Shown: positions 26,008 to 38,830 of the stretch, piece after piece
Layout of the letters: every line of letters begins with the position of its first letter
Position numbering within the stretch: position 1 is the first letter of the stretch
Assembly (NCBI RefSeq): GCF_001194135.2
Contig: NC_069000.1
Span: forward strand, 18,864,324-18,928,323
Direction: 5' to 3'
DNA: 64,000 bases
From: Octopus bimaculoides
Lineage: Eukaryota
The notes under the pieces: model-generated
The model's input: the letters and a program-made list of their open reading frames with translations, nothing else
Told to the model about the DNA's origin: nothing
Database searches by the model: none
Made by a program: the position numbers and the translations under genes

Positions 26008-26365
26008 GGCATGGCTGTGTGGTAAGAAGTTTGCTTGTTAATCACATGGTTCTAGGTTCAGTCCCACTGTGTGGCACCTTGGGTAAGTGTCTTCAACTGT
26101 ATCCTTGGGCTGACCAAAGCCTTGTGAATTAACTTGGTAGACAGAAACTGAAAGAAGCCTGTTGTGAGTGTGTGTCTGTCACCCACCACTACTTGATAAC
26201 TGGTGTTGGTATTTGTATGTCCCTGTAACTTAGTAGCTTGGCAAAAGAGACTGATAGAATAAGTACCAGGCTTAAAAAAATAGTATCTGGGTTAATTAAT
26301 TTGACTAAAATTCTTCAAGGCAATGCTCCAACATGGCCACAGTCTAATGACTGAAACAAATAAAT
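26008..26365 (+). mobile_element. SINE family 1, full length
   Basis: GGCATGGCTGTGTGGTAAG...GGTTCAGTCCC...GATAGAATAAGTACCAGGCTT...GACTGAAACA. Confidence 0.8.
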
Positions 26366-28105
26366 AATGAAAGGTAAGATACTGAAATACACTTCGGAAG
26401 CTAGACACATTATATCTACTGCAATACACGAGAGAGTACAGGTGAGCAAATTAATAAGATACTCATCTTTTATCACACCTGATCATTAGTATGGCCTTGT
26501 CAGTACAGCAATAACATTTAAATCTCAGACAGCTCAATATACAAAGTCATCAACAGATATTTGAGTTGAAACAAATCCTTTCTGTAAACAGCAGCTAAAG
26601 TATCAAACTGAAGATTGACATGGTGTCCATTTCAGTTTCTCCTATGGGGAAAGTTCCCAGTGACAGTTTGGTATCCTAACCAGGGGGATGTTTGTTTCTC
26701 ATCCCTTCTCTCATAACAGCACAAAACTTGAAGAGGAGTCCTGAGTGAGCTGTAATGGTTTGTAGAGGGAACACATACAAAAGGTCAATACAACTATTAA
26801 CACCTAACAATCTATGTGAAATAGAACTGCACAAGACTGCATTAGTCAATCAACCCTGATATGCATGATATCACATGAATCATACTGACTTTGTCTACAT
26901 TCGTTTTGAAGGAACTGAGGAACCTTCAAGTGTCTGAGCTCCCTCCCTCAATCATTCATTTCTGTTCTGTAACAGAATCATTCATCATGGGACTGGGCTT
27001 CTGATTTAGAAAATTTTCAGTAGGATGTTAAGAGTTAAACATGTAGACCTGGGCTGTGTTCATTCTGAGGTATTTATAAATAATGAAACAAATGCTAAGA
27101 TTTTAATGGAAATGATATGGTGATGGTGCTAAGTGTGTGACAAATTATGGTGTGGAAATAAAATAACAGTAGTTAATATGGCAGAAACAAATTATGAACA
27201 AAATACAAGGATTGGTAAGAGAGAGGACTGGCAGATGCACTGTTAAGTAATAAGCGATACAGAAGCCCAGCAAGCACTAAATATACAGTTCTAGTTAGGT
27301 ATAGTGCTGTTGTTGTCTCTTACATTTGTAATTTAATAAATACATTTATATCTATTAATTAAAAAAATCAGGAAGAAGTAGAAAGAACAAAAAAAATTTG
27401 TTTTGAAGTGATAATGTTTTTGGTTTAAATATTTTAATAGTGCTTTATTTTTGTACTGCTCTGCCATTGTCAGTTGCAATAAAAAAATAAAAATAAAAAA
27501 AAACAATCTCTATAACTGACATTGAATCAATGTCTAAATTCTAATTAGCATAAATCTGCAAAATATCAGTATCATTTTTACCCCACTACCTCCATATACA
27601 AATATTACCATATCATAAAAGAGTTCAAGTCATTAAAGATGATTATATAGAGACATAAGCTTGAGAAATATTTTCCAGTTTTCATGTTCAAAATCCAAAA
27701 CGATTTGATAATGTATTATGTAGACTTCACATGTATAGTTTGGTATTTAAGACTACTGTTAAGAACATAAACCTTACATATTTAAAATATCAAAAACCAT
27801 AAAATTGTATCATTAACCTTTGAATGGCAGGAAAGACTTACACGAATGTGTGTGATAAATGAACAAAAAGCAAAAAATACCTCTTTTTCTTAGAGATAAT
27901 TTTTGTACTTATTTTCAGTTTAAATAAGTACAAAAATTATAATAATTGTTAGTCCTCATAGAATAAAATGTATAATCTCATTAGTGAAAAGTGCAGTAAA
28001 ATATTCACTTTCCTTTGCACATCTAGCAGGAGCATAAATTCATTTGAGATTCCCACATGGTGAAATGAATGTATAATTGGAAAAAAATCTGTTCACTTTT
28101 TCCAG

Positions 28106-28195
28106 CCAGAACTAGTTGAAGCATCACATTGTTATGTGCTGTGCCATCTAGAACACAATCACCATCCTCATCATCCACCTCATTTGATGATGGGG
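28106..28195 (+). CDS. Candidate 90-nt phase 0-0 exon PELVEASHCYVLCHLEHNHHPHHPPHLMMG (conflicts with a minus-strand ORF 28023-28316)
   Basis: Acceptor ttcactttttccag| and donor GGG|gtaagt are both near consensus; one frame is open. Confidence 0.2.
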
Positions 28196-28449
28196 GTAAG
28201 TCAGAAGAAACTTCATTTCTGTACACATTTGCAACTTGAGTTTTTCCTATTGATAAGGGCCACTTATGCTCAGGTGCATTTGATGAAGTGGATGCCCAGG
28301 TGTCAATTGGTGTCCACTATTTAAAAGTTAAACAAGTTTCCAAGGGGTTGGATTGGCACAGTTGTTAGAGAACTAGAAAACATCCTTGAGGTATTTGTTC
28401 CAGTGCTTTAAGTTCTGAGTTCAAATTCTACTGTAATCAACTTTGGTTT

Positions 28450-30780
28450 TCATCCTTTTGGATGAAGTTGGTGGAGAGATGAGGAAATGGCAAACTGGAG
28501 GAGTATGAGTAATAGGTAGATGAGAGGGGGAGTGAGGATACAAGGTAAGACAGCAGCAAAGGTAGGTTTGGTAGGGTATGTTTTGTATGGGTAGATGGGT
28601 CTCCTGCAGTTTGCATATTGCTTATCTGTATGGCACTTTCTTATCACTTCCTTGAGGTGCAGCACCTCCAGATCAGCCTTCACTATTTTATCCCAAGTCT
28701 TCTTTGGTCTCCCTCTCGATTGGAGTGTTTGGCACTTCCATATGTAGCAGGCTGAACTAGATTCCTCCTACACACAGTTTCTCTCAGCTGACTTGTACTC
28801 TGACATTGAAGCATACTAAATTTACACAACCATCCAAACATGACTATTATATAATCTACCTTTCACCTGCCAATAGTGGTATTCTTCCAATCCATCCTTA
28901 CCCTGGCTACTATACTTTCAGAACAACTACCTCCCCTGCTAGTTATGTTAGCTAGACAACAGAAGCTATCAACTACATCCAGTGAACCAGCTGGACATTT
29001 ATTTCTGGTAAGCTCTCAGTACATATGGCTCTGGTACATCTGCTACACACAAATCTTTCTTTCTCTGTGGGCTTGCCTTCATTCCATAATATCTGTATCA
29101 TTAGCATACACTGGGTATGGTATTTGGAGTTTATACTTAACAAGTAAGACCATTTCCCTGACAATACCAGGTCCTGTTTCTTTTCTTATTATTAACACTG
29201 CAGTTTTTTTGCTAAATTCATCTTGAGGCCTCTTGATTCTGAATTTTATTTCTATGTCTGAAATTTCTTCAGATTCAACTATAAGAAATAGATCATCAGC
29301 ATATAAGAGCTCCCACAGGCAGCTGGCCTTTAATTCCTCTGTGGTGGCATCAACACTGAACTAACAGTTGATTCTCACAGGCCATTTATCTACACCTGGC
29401 TCTGTTATGAACCACCAAATCACTGCATGTCAAACGCTGCCAAAGGACTCATCCAAGTTGACTAATGCCAAATATAGTGGTTTAGTGTTAGCTAAATATT
29501 TCTCCAGTAGATACCTCACTAGGAAAATTACATTTGTGGTATCAATTCCTGACACTGAACTACATCTCATCTAGGTCTACTCTGTCATGGATCAATTGTG
29601 TTATAAATTTCTCCATGACCTACATAAGCTTGGTTCAACAATTTTAATCCTTTATAATTTACTCTCCTTAAAAGCATCTCTTTTGCCCTTTTAGCCAATT
29701 ACAATGATACTGCTATGCCTGTCACTGAGTATGACACCTTCCTATATTACTTGATTAACTATTCAAATGAATATCAAGCATCCTGCTTTGATTATCAAAT
29801 ATCTTATTTTGATTATCTCAATGATTATCCTTCATGAATCAGCAGCTTTCTCTATCTTCATGTCTTTAACTTCTGGTTCCTCTATATCATCAACATGAAA
29901 CAGCCCCTCTTTCTCCTATGCATTATCCTTGTTTAACATAATAGCACTGCTTCTATGCCAATTTCTTGTCCTCCACAGCAATGGTGTAGGTGCCTTCATA
30001 AGTTTGGATACACTTCTCCCCAGACATCTTGGCTCTCTCTAACACACTGTCTCACAATCCTGAATACACCATACCTCTGATCTTCACATTGCAGAACATA
30101 ATACATACACACACACACATATATATATGTATATATATATATATATATACTTTTCTGCTTCTTCCTCAGTCTGCCTTTCTAACTACTTGAAAATGCTTTC
30201 TATTACCTTTCTTCCAGGCTTTCCAAGCTTGTTTCTTTGCTTTTATAGAACTATCTACTAAGCTATCACTTTTTGCTCGGCTGGAAAACTGCACTAGCAA
30301 CATGTTTTATATGTAGCCATTAGTAGGTTATCTAGAGGAACTCCCAATTGTCATGTATGCTAAAAGTATCTAATTCCTTTTCATTACAGTCATATGTGTC
30401 AATTAGAACTTCTCTAAACCAATGACCAACTGCAAGACCTTTTAGCTTCCATGCCTTCCTTCTCCATATTTCTGTTTCTGAATTTGCCTAGTTCTGATTC
30501 AAAAGCCATAAGCCACTAATCTGTGAAGATTAATGCATTTGTCATAGGGAAAGGTTTTGATATTTCCAATGATTTCTTGATAAGAATGCTCACCAGAGGT
30601 GATGAGATGGTGGGTTGGTTTCTCAAAGTGTGTGTAGCCAATTGGCAAATCAAGTTGCATCACAGAAGTCCAGGAGCCTTACACCCTTACACCATTTCTT
30701 GTACCATAGCCATTACTTCCAGGAATATCAAAGGAAGTCATCATTGCGTTGACTGGCACGGTAGTTAAAGTCACCAACCA
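28450..30780 (-). mobile_element. Decayed RTE LINE ORF2 (endonuclease to C-terminus)
   Basis: Minus-strand fragments such as GVRLLDFCDA (endonuclease-like, ~30640), RT-like pieces at ~29300-29750, and an EVIRK..D-type C-terminal piece at ~28650; many stops. Confidence 0.6.
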
Positions 30781-31454
30781 TGATAATGAAGTTACTGCTG
30801 TTCATTGCTGAGGTAGCCTAAGGTCATATAGATATGGTCTTTCTGTTTGTCAGTCAAACCTGACTGTAGAGTGTACACATAAATAAATGTTGAGTTGTAC
30901 AAAGCTGATCTCAGTTTAACTATAGTATAGCAAGTCTGATTACCTCAATTACTCTATCCATCTGATCCTCAACTGACAAGTATGTCTACCATACACTCTG
31001 GTTTCTCCTCACACTGAGTGGATAAATCCTTCGCCTATCATACACCTACCATCACTTTTACACACCCAGAAAAGTTTGTCTTTGCTGCTTCTTGCCTGTG
31101 AAGAGTTTCACTAAGTATCCTTTCCATCTTGCACAAATCCACTCCTCTCTGCTCACCAGCATCTTCACAATCTCAACTTTTGTCGAGCCTGTGTTGATAC
31201 CCAGAAACTTCAGAACTGACAAGTAGTGGGAGTATTTTCAATGAGAAATGTGTTGGTTGCTGTTTGAAGATGTCTGCATCTATAGGGAAGAGGAAAGCTT
31301 GTTGGGATTTGCCAACCACAGGAAGATTCACATTCATGGTCTGTTTGTTTGTTTTTTTTTATTAAATTTACATCATTCACCTTTTTCTCACTGTATATCC
31401 TACTCTAAGTGTCATTTGTTACTTTCATTGATTAATATTATATAAATTTGAAGG

Positions 31455-31640
31455 TGTCGAACTGGCAGAATTGTTAGTACACCGGGAAAAATGTTTAATG
31501 GAGTTTTGTTTGTCCTTATGTTCTGAGTTCAAATTCTGCTGGGGTAGACTTTGCCTTTCATCTTTTCGGAGGTCGATAAAACAAGTACCAGTTGAACATT
31601 GGGGTTGATTTAATCAGCTTCGCCCTTCCCCCAAATCCAA
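31455..31640 (+). mobile_element. SINE family 2
   Basis: AACTGGCAGAATTGTTAG...GAGTTCAAATTCTGC...ACAAGTACCAGTTGAACATTGGGG. Confidence 0.7.
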
Positions 31641-31669
31641 GATGACTTATTTTAGTATTATCAGACATA

Positions 31670-32449
31670 CAGGGTCAGACAAAATAATGGAATTTTGGGA
31701 TCCTTTCTAACAATTTGCGTAAGAGTCTGACGGTCCCTATCTGAAAGTTCTGGTTTTCTTTCAACGAGGTTTTTCCCTCTTTCTCAAAGGATGTCATTAC
31801 TTTTGAGACAACACTTCTTGATACACCAAACATTTCGGCTGTTTTTGTTACGCTAGTGCCTGCCATACAAGCACCAACAATTTAATGAATTTTAATTACC
31901 TTTTTCTGATGACATCCAAAAAGAAACAGCAATTTTAGAAAAACATATTAAGCAACACTTGTTGTTGGCACTCCATCGCTTACGACGTCGTAGGTTCCAG
32001 TTGATCTGATCAATGGAACAGCCTGCTCGTGAAATTAACGTGCAAGTGGCTGAGCACTCCACAGACACGTGTACCCTTAACGTAGTTCTCGGAGATATTC
32101 AGCGTGACACAGTGTGACAAGGCTGACCCTTTGAATTACAGGCACAACAGAAACAGGAAAAAAGAGTGAAAGAGTACAACAGGGTTCGCCACCATTCCCT
32201 GCCGGAGCCTCATGGAGCTTTAGGTGTTTTTGCTCAATAAACACTCACAACACCCGATCTGGGAATTGAAACCGTGATCCTATGACTGCGAGCCCGCTGC
32301 CCTAACCCCTGGGTCATTGCGCCTCCACTAAGCAACACTAATAATAAATCAAAAAACATTAAAATAAACAAGCTTTTGATGGTTTTATAGATATTTCAAA
32401 ATTATTATGTTATGATGCGAGGTGTTTCCATTATTTTGTCCAACCCCTG
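31670..32449 (-). mobile_element. Internally deleted Tc1-like element with TIRs, interrupted by a SINE
   Basis: TA|CAGGGTCAGACAAAATAATGGAA ... TTCCATTATTTTGTCCAACCCCTG|TA; minus-strand peptide AGTSVTKTAEMFGVSRSVVSKVMTSFEKEGKT (paired-like HTH). Confidence 0.85.
31960..32328 (-). mobile_element. tRNA-derived SINE (family 3) with 11-bp TSD
   Basis: Head TGGAGGCGCAATGACCCAGGGG..GGTTTCAATTCCC, (CAA)n tail, TSD TAAGCAACACT at 31949-31959 and 32329-32339. Confidence 0.9.
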
Positions 32450-32929
32450 TATATATCATTAATTAATAATGGTATTATATATAAATAAATGTATATTGTG
32501 TTTGTTATGTGGCTGAGTAACATAAATGGAAATGACTATATATATAATATATATATAGCAATTTAGATTCCAAGTTTTCTGGATAGCTGAAGAATTGTAG
32601 TAGAGACAAGGGACAATTATCTGCAAAATAGATTGGTGAAAAGATAGCCAATCATTTTCCTATTAACTTAAGACAATAGCAGGAAGCTTTCTCATCAATG
32701 ATTATATCCACTGTAAAGGATATAAATAAAACTAACTAATACTATACGTTTCTTGTATTTTGAATTATGCTTATTCAGCACAATATATATTGTAACTGTT
32801 TCTGTTACAGCTAATATGTGTGTATGTTTGTGTATGCGTGTGTGCACAAAAGTAGACAGTAGAGTACAATGCAGTACTTGGACAAATCAGATACCATCAT
32901 ACACATCTGTATCTTATCTATCTATATAT

Positions 32930-33800
32930 ATCATCATCATCATCGTTTAACGTCCGCTTTCCATGCTAGCATGGGTTGGACGATTTGACTGCAGATTGGT
33001 GGACCAGGTGGCTACACCAGGCTCCAATATGATTTGGCAGAGTTTCTACAGCTGGATGCCCTTCCTAATGCCAACCACTCCGAGAGTGTAGTGGGTGCTT
33101 TTACTTGCCACCGGCACGAAGGCCAGTCAGGAGGTACTGGCAACGGCCATGCTCGAAATGGTGTATTTTACATGCCACCTGCACAGGATCCAGTCCAGCA
33201 GTACTGGCAACGATCAGCCTCCATCACTTTGTCCTGTCTTCCTCTTTCAATAGCTCTACCCATATCAAGTGATCAGCACTTCTTTATACAGCTGTCTCCA
33301 AACATGCACCATGTCCATACTTGCAGTCTTCTTTCTTTTACGCTATATCTGATTCCTCTTATACTCAGTTTTTCACATACACATCTAACGGAGTATACTT
33401 GCTTCATTTCTTTCCAGTCCATGTCTCACTATCATGCAGCATTGCATCTCTAACACAAGCATCATATACTCTACCTTTCACTCAAAGGGGGAAAAAGATT
33501 TTTGTTTCCAGTAGCGGCAACTTAAACTTCATCCAGCCCATTCTTCCTCTGGGTACTTAACTTTTGGAACCACCACCTCCCTTGCTAATTATATCTCTTA
33601 GGTAACAAAAGCTGTCAACTACCTCTCATGAGCCAAACAAGCATTTAAGAGAGACTATTTCTGGTGTACTTATAGTATGTACCGTTCCAATGCCTTCATT
33701 ACATATGAAGCTTATGTTCTCAGATAATCTGCTTATGATTCCACCACACCTTTTGAATTCCCATATCTAACACTGAGTGCAACATATAGAGTTTATACTG
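32930..33800 (-). mobile_element. RTE LINE 3' region (ORF2 relic plus 3' terminus)
   Basis: (CAT)n tail at 32930, family 3' end, and VKGRVYDACVRDAMLHDSETW on the minus strand. Confidence 0.75.
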
Positions 33801-33915
33801 ACCCCTTATCTGCAAAATGAAGGAAACAAAATTTTGTGCATGATACAAAATGTATCAAAAAATGAAAGCAATTGCATCATATGAAGAGAGAAAGGTAGGG
33901 ATAGCATCCTTGAGA

Positions 33916-33920
<5 letters not shown>

Positions 33921-33971
<51 letters not shown>

Positions 33972-34370
33972 NNNNNNNNNNNNNNNNNNNNNNNNNNNNN
34001 NNNNNNNNNNNNNNNNNNNNNNNNNNNNNNNNNNNNNNNNNNNNNNNNNNNNNNNNNNNNNNNNNNNNNNNNNNNNNNNNNNNNNNNNNNNNNNNNNNNN
34101 NNNNNNNNNNNNNNNNNNNNNNNNNNNNNNNNNNNNNNNNNNNNNNNNNNNNNNNNNNNNNNNNNNNNNNNNNNNNNNNNNNNNNNNNNNNNNNNNNNNN
34201 NNNNNNNNNNNNNNNNNNNNNNNNNNNNNNNNNNNNNNNNNNNNNNNNNNNNNNNNNNNNNNNNNNNNNNNNNNNNNNNNNNNNNNNNNNNNNNNNNNNN
34301 NNNNNNNNNNNNNNNNNNNNNNNNNNNNNNNNNNNNNNNNNNNNNNNNNNNNNNNNNNNNNNNNNNNNNN

Positions 34371-34415
<45 letters not shown>
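33921..34415. repeat. (GA)n microsatellite spanning an N-gap
   Basis: Directly visible. Confidence 0.9.
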
Positions 34416-34419
<4 letters not shown>

Positions 34420-35202
34420 ACAGGTAAAGAGTAGATTTGTTGGTCAAAATTTGAGTTATTTCTTGTGGTAAATTATACTTTTTGATTATTATTTATGGAC
34501 AACCCTTAATAAAGGATGCAAATTTTGAAAATTAAATTCATTTTTCTCAAGGATGCACTGTTTCAGAGCCTTTTGGGGCTAAACACACATACATAACTAC
34601 ATATATTCTTAATTATATAATATATATAGGTTAGTGTCAGGTAACATGGACTCCAATGCAACCCTTTTGCATGGCCGAGTCATTGGCAACTATACCAGAA
34701 CTCCTAGTAGGAAAGCATGGTGAGGAGAGTTGCTAGAAACCCATTAAGACTAAGAATATGATCTGTAAAGGCAACATGTAAACCCAATAGTATGGCCACT
34801 CACAAATTTCATATAGATGGCCAGTGTGCAGGAAGAGCACTGGGTATGAGGCACCCCTCAACTTTTGTTAAAGCATGTCTCTAGGAGGTCATTCTGATAT
34901 AAAACCAGATATGCAGGGAATATTGGACATTTTGGAGATCTTTTGCCTGCGCTTGAGATCATGGCACAGGCCTGATCTGCAACCCATACTGCTACTAGAT
35001 ACCCTGCCTTGGCTTGTCTCTGGCTCATGTCAACAGGGTGGAGAGGGCCTTATGATCTATTCGATCTAAAAAGTTTTGCACTGGCATTGCTTTGTCAGTG
35101 ATGGCCATACTCATTTACAAGTTGACAGTATCATATACATATGTATATGTGTGGGCATGCATATATATTTATATATATATACACACACACATGTATGTGT
35201 GT

Positions 35203-35234
<32 letters not shown>

Positions 35235-35892
35235 AAATATATACACAAATATATACAGGGNNNNNNNNNNNNNNNNNNNNNNNNNNNNNNNNNNNNNNNN
35301 NNNNNNNNNNNNNNNNNNNNNNNNNNNNNNNNNNNNNNNNNNNNNNNNNNNNNNNNNNNNNNNNNNNNNNNNNNNNNNNNNNNNNNNNNNNNNNNNNNNN
35401 NNNNNNNNNNNNNNNNNNNNNNNNNNNNNNNNNNNNNNNNNNNNNNNNNNNNNNNNNNNNNNNNNNNNNNNNNNNNNNNNNNNNNNNNNNNNNNNNNNNN
35501 NNNNNNNNNNNNNNNNNNNNNNNNNNNNNNNNNNNNNNNNNNNNNNNNNNNNNNNNNNNNNNNNNNNNNNNNNNNNNNNNNNNNNNNNNNNNNNNNNNNN
35601 NNNNNNNNNNNNNNNNNNNNNNNNNNNNNNNNNNNNNNNNNNNNNNNNNNNNNNNNNNNNNNNNNNNNNNNNNNNNNNNNNNNNNNNNNNNNNNNNNNNN
35701 NNNNNNNNNNNNNNNNNNNNNNNNNNNNNNNNNNNNNNNNNNNNNNNNNNNNNNNNNNNNNNNNNNNNNNNNNNNNNNNNNNNNNNNNNNNNNNNNNNNN
35801 NNNNNNNNNNNNNNNNNNNNNNNNNNNNNNNNNNNNNNNNNNNNNNNNNNNNNNNNNNNNNNNNNNNNNNNNACACACACATGTATGTGTGT

Positions 35893-35924
<32 letters not shown>

Positions 35925-35945
35925 AAATATATACACAAATATATA

Positions 35946-37224
35946 CAGGGTTCAATGAGTCGCCAGTTTATATTTTTAATTTTGTGCCTGCACATAGTGT
36001 TTTTGTCAACTACACAGTATGGTAGGGTCAGTTGGGCACTGTCTGTGAGAAAAACAGTACCATGATGCAATTTACTCTGCCAGAAATTTGGAAACGACAT
36101 GCTGTACTGCTTGGTATTTGCACCAGAAGCTCCAGTACAAACATTTCAGAGTTTTTGGGTGTCAACCTGAGAACATGTACTTAGAGTGATAAAAATCAAA
36201 TATCCAGTCAACATCATGGTGTTTTGGAGTGATCACTAGTGATGGTGACGTTATGCCTCCATTCATTTTCTCACACAGCCTCAGACTCAATACAAAGACC
36301 TACATCAAGTGCCTGGAGGAGGAAGCGTTGCCCTGGGTCAAGAGGGTGGCTGCTGGAAGACCCTATGTCAGGCAACAAGACTACACCATTCCACACAAGC
36401 AAGGGAACCCAGTCATGGCTATCAAATAATTTCTGTGACCACATAACCCCCAACATCTGGCCACCTAACTCCCCACACTGCAACCCACTTGATTATTATG
36501 TGTGAGGCACAGTTGAGCGAGCGATCAACAAAACTTCTTTTAACACCAAAGATGAACTAAAGACAAGGATTATGGCAGCATTCACTAACTTAAGCAAGGA
36601 GACTGTCCAGAAGAGTTGCAGGAGATTCCAAAGTCATCTGGAGGCCATGGTTAAAACTAATGGTAATTTTATTGAATAAATTTACTCTTTAGTATTTCAA
36701 GATATTTTTATGTAATTTTGGTAAATATATCTGTTAAAATGAGATGTCAGTGTTATTTTCATTTTTGCATAATTTATANNNNNNNNNNNNNNNNNNNNNN
36801 NNNNNNNNNNNNNNNNNNNNNNNNNNNNNNNNNNNNNNNNNNNNNNNNNNNNNNNNNNNNNNNNNNNNNNNNNNNNNNNNNNNNNNNNNNNNNNNNNNNN
36901 NNNNNNNNNNNNNNNNNNNNNNNNNNNNNNNNNNNNNNNNNNNNNNNNNNNNNNNNNNNNNNNNNNNNNNNNNNNNNNNNNNNNNNNNNNNNNNNNNNNN
37001 NNNNNNNNNNNNNNNNNNNNNNNNNNNNNNNNNNNNNNNNNNNNNNNNNNNNNNNNNNNNNNNNNNNNNNNNNNNNNNNTAATGGTAATTTTATTGAATA
37101 AATTTACTCTTTAGTATTTCAAGATATTTTTATGTAATTTTGGTAAATATATCTGTTAAAATGAGATGTCAGTGTTATTTTCATTTTTGCATAATTTATA
37201 CAACAGTTTATTCACTGCACCCTG
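35946..37224 (+). mobile_element. Internally deleted DD37D (maT-type) Tc1/mariner element; contains an N-gap
   Basis: VITSDGDVMPPFIF...WPPNSPHCNPLDYYV; right TIR TTATTCACTGCACCCTG|TA; homologous to 54507-55335. Confidence 0.8.
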
Positions 37225-37834
37225 TATATGTCAGTATAAATAAGAGTAACCTAATGAAAGAATGGAGCACTCCACACATTTGCTTAGATTTATATGTATG
37301 TAATAAGAGTTTGATTCATATGGAGTTAGATTCAGAGACAATTGCAACCAACAGAAACCAGTGGCATCAATTTGCTGCCCAATGTGCTCAAGAGAACAGG
37401 AAATGCTGAACTAATGTAAATAGATTTATGTATATTCTTTTACTTGTCATTTGATTGTGGCCATGCTAGAGCACCACCTTTAAAATATATATATGTATGT
37501 ATTTAAAGAAATATATCCATATATCTGTGTGTGTGTTAAGGTGCATAGCCTATTTGTAAGAGTATTACACTCACAATTGTGAGATCATAGGTTCAAATCC
37601 TAGACTGACAGTGAATTGTGCTCTTGAGCAAACACTTATTTCATGTTGCTCCAGTCCACTCAGCTGTAAATGAGTAACCTGGTGACGGTCAAACATTCTA
37701 TTCATGGCGAATGTAGGCCTACCCATTGGGATGGTATCATCGGAAAGTTAAAACAATGCAAAGTGCATTGTGACCAACAGTTTACAACAACTTCCAATGG
37801 TCTTGTCAATACAGTGATATATATATATATATAT

Positions 37835-38411
37835 GATGGCTGCCCCCTCGTTATCGAGTATGGCCATTGCACAAAGCTTAACTTAACGGTGCTGTGATCA
37901 AATGTGACTTTTTAGCCCAGCCAAAGATCTACAATGTCTTGCACAGAGTTGGCATCCAAAACCTTTACTGGCAATAGCTGGCTGTTGTTGTAATTGGGCT
38001 CCATGTACCTTTGCGTGTCGTTTAAGTCCTCCTGCTGAATCACACTCCCTTCCACATGCCCGACAGACATGACTAGTATGGTGTGTAGCATCATCACCAG
38101 CGGCCTGGTAAATCAATCATCGGTCTTGCTTTATGACTACGAAGATGACTCATAAGCCCAGCTTTACTGAGGCACGGTCTTTTATGGAGAGGAAAACAAC
38201 CTCCACATAAACCAAAAAAGAGATATAAAGACTTGCTGAAGATTTCCTTGAGAGATGCCAACATCTCTCCTAGCCGTGGCAGGTGGAGAAGGATTGTGCA
38301 TGAGGGGACAACTATTTTTGAGAAATCACGAATTGCACATGAGAAATTAAGGAGGGATGTCAGGAAGGGCATTGTTGTTGCACTTCCAGATGGCAAGGGT
38401 CTTCCTATGAC
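37835..38411. mobile_element. 5'-inverted RTE LINE insertion (3' part minus 37835-~38183; inverted part plus ~38183-38411)
   Basis: Plus: GKQPPHKPKKRYKDLLKISLRDANI..RGRWRRIVHEG..HEKLRRDVRK..DGKGL. Minus: KRPCLSKAGLMSHLRSH plus two more C2H2 fingers. (AT)n at both ends. Confidence 0.85.
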
Positions 38412-38679
38412 ATATATATACATATACACACGCATACATATATTAGAAAGAATTCTTGATTCAGTCACAATAGTCATGCACCTTCTTTTTCTACAGTAAG
38501 ACACTTGTGTTTCTTCACCTATCATACTTTATGCTCTCAATACTTGGCATAAAGCCACCAACCACTTCCCCTGACTTAGTCAAAGAGTCCTTTTCCTGTT
38601 CTTCTGCTCTCTTGCAAGTTACTTGGCAATCCCACTTGTGTAGGTGAAACACACACACACACAAACAACAGTACACACT

Positions 38680-38830
38680 GCAAAGTGATTGGTTATTAGG
38701 AAGGACCTCTAGTTGCAGAAATCATTCCAAAGCTGACACTGGAGCTCAACGCAACCCTGCTGCTTGCAAAACCCTGTCAAACTGCCCAATCCATGCCAGA
38801 ATGGAAAATGGACATTAACTGATGATGATG
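38680..38830 (+). mobile_element. Diverged RTE 3' terminus
   Basis: GATTGGTTATTAGGAAGGAC...CCAATCCATGCCAGAATGGAAAATGGACATTAAC(TGA)n. Confidence 0.6.

Noticed and set aside
32250-32328. tRNA-like A/B boxes here and at other SINE heads
   Set aside because: These are SINE heads with body, tail and TSD, not tRNA genes.
35170-35950. Identical ~85-bp blocks on both sides of the gap
   Set aside because: This is typical of unmerged overlapping contig ends, so probably an assembly artefact.
36660-37199. ~120-bp direct repeat flanking the gap inside the maT element
   Set aside because: The second maT copy has this segment only once, so it is probably a scaffolding artefact.
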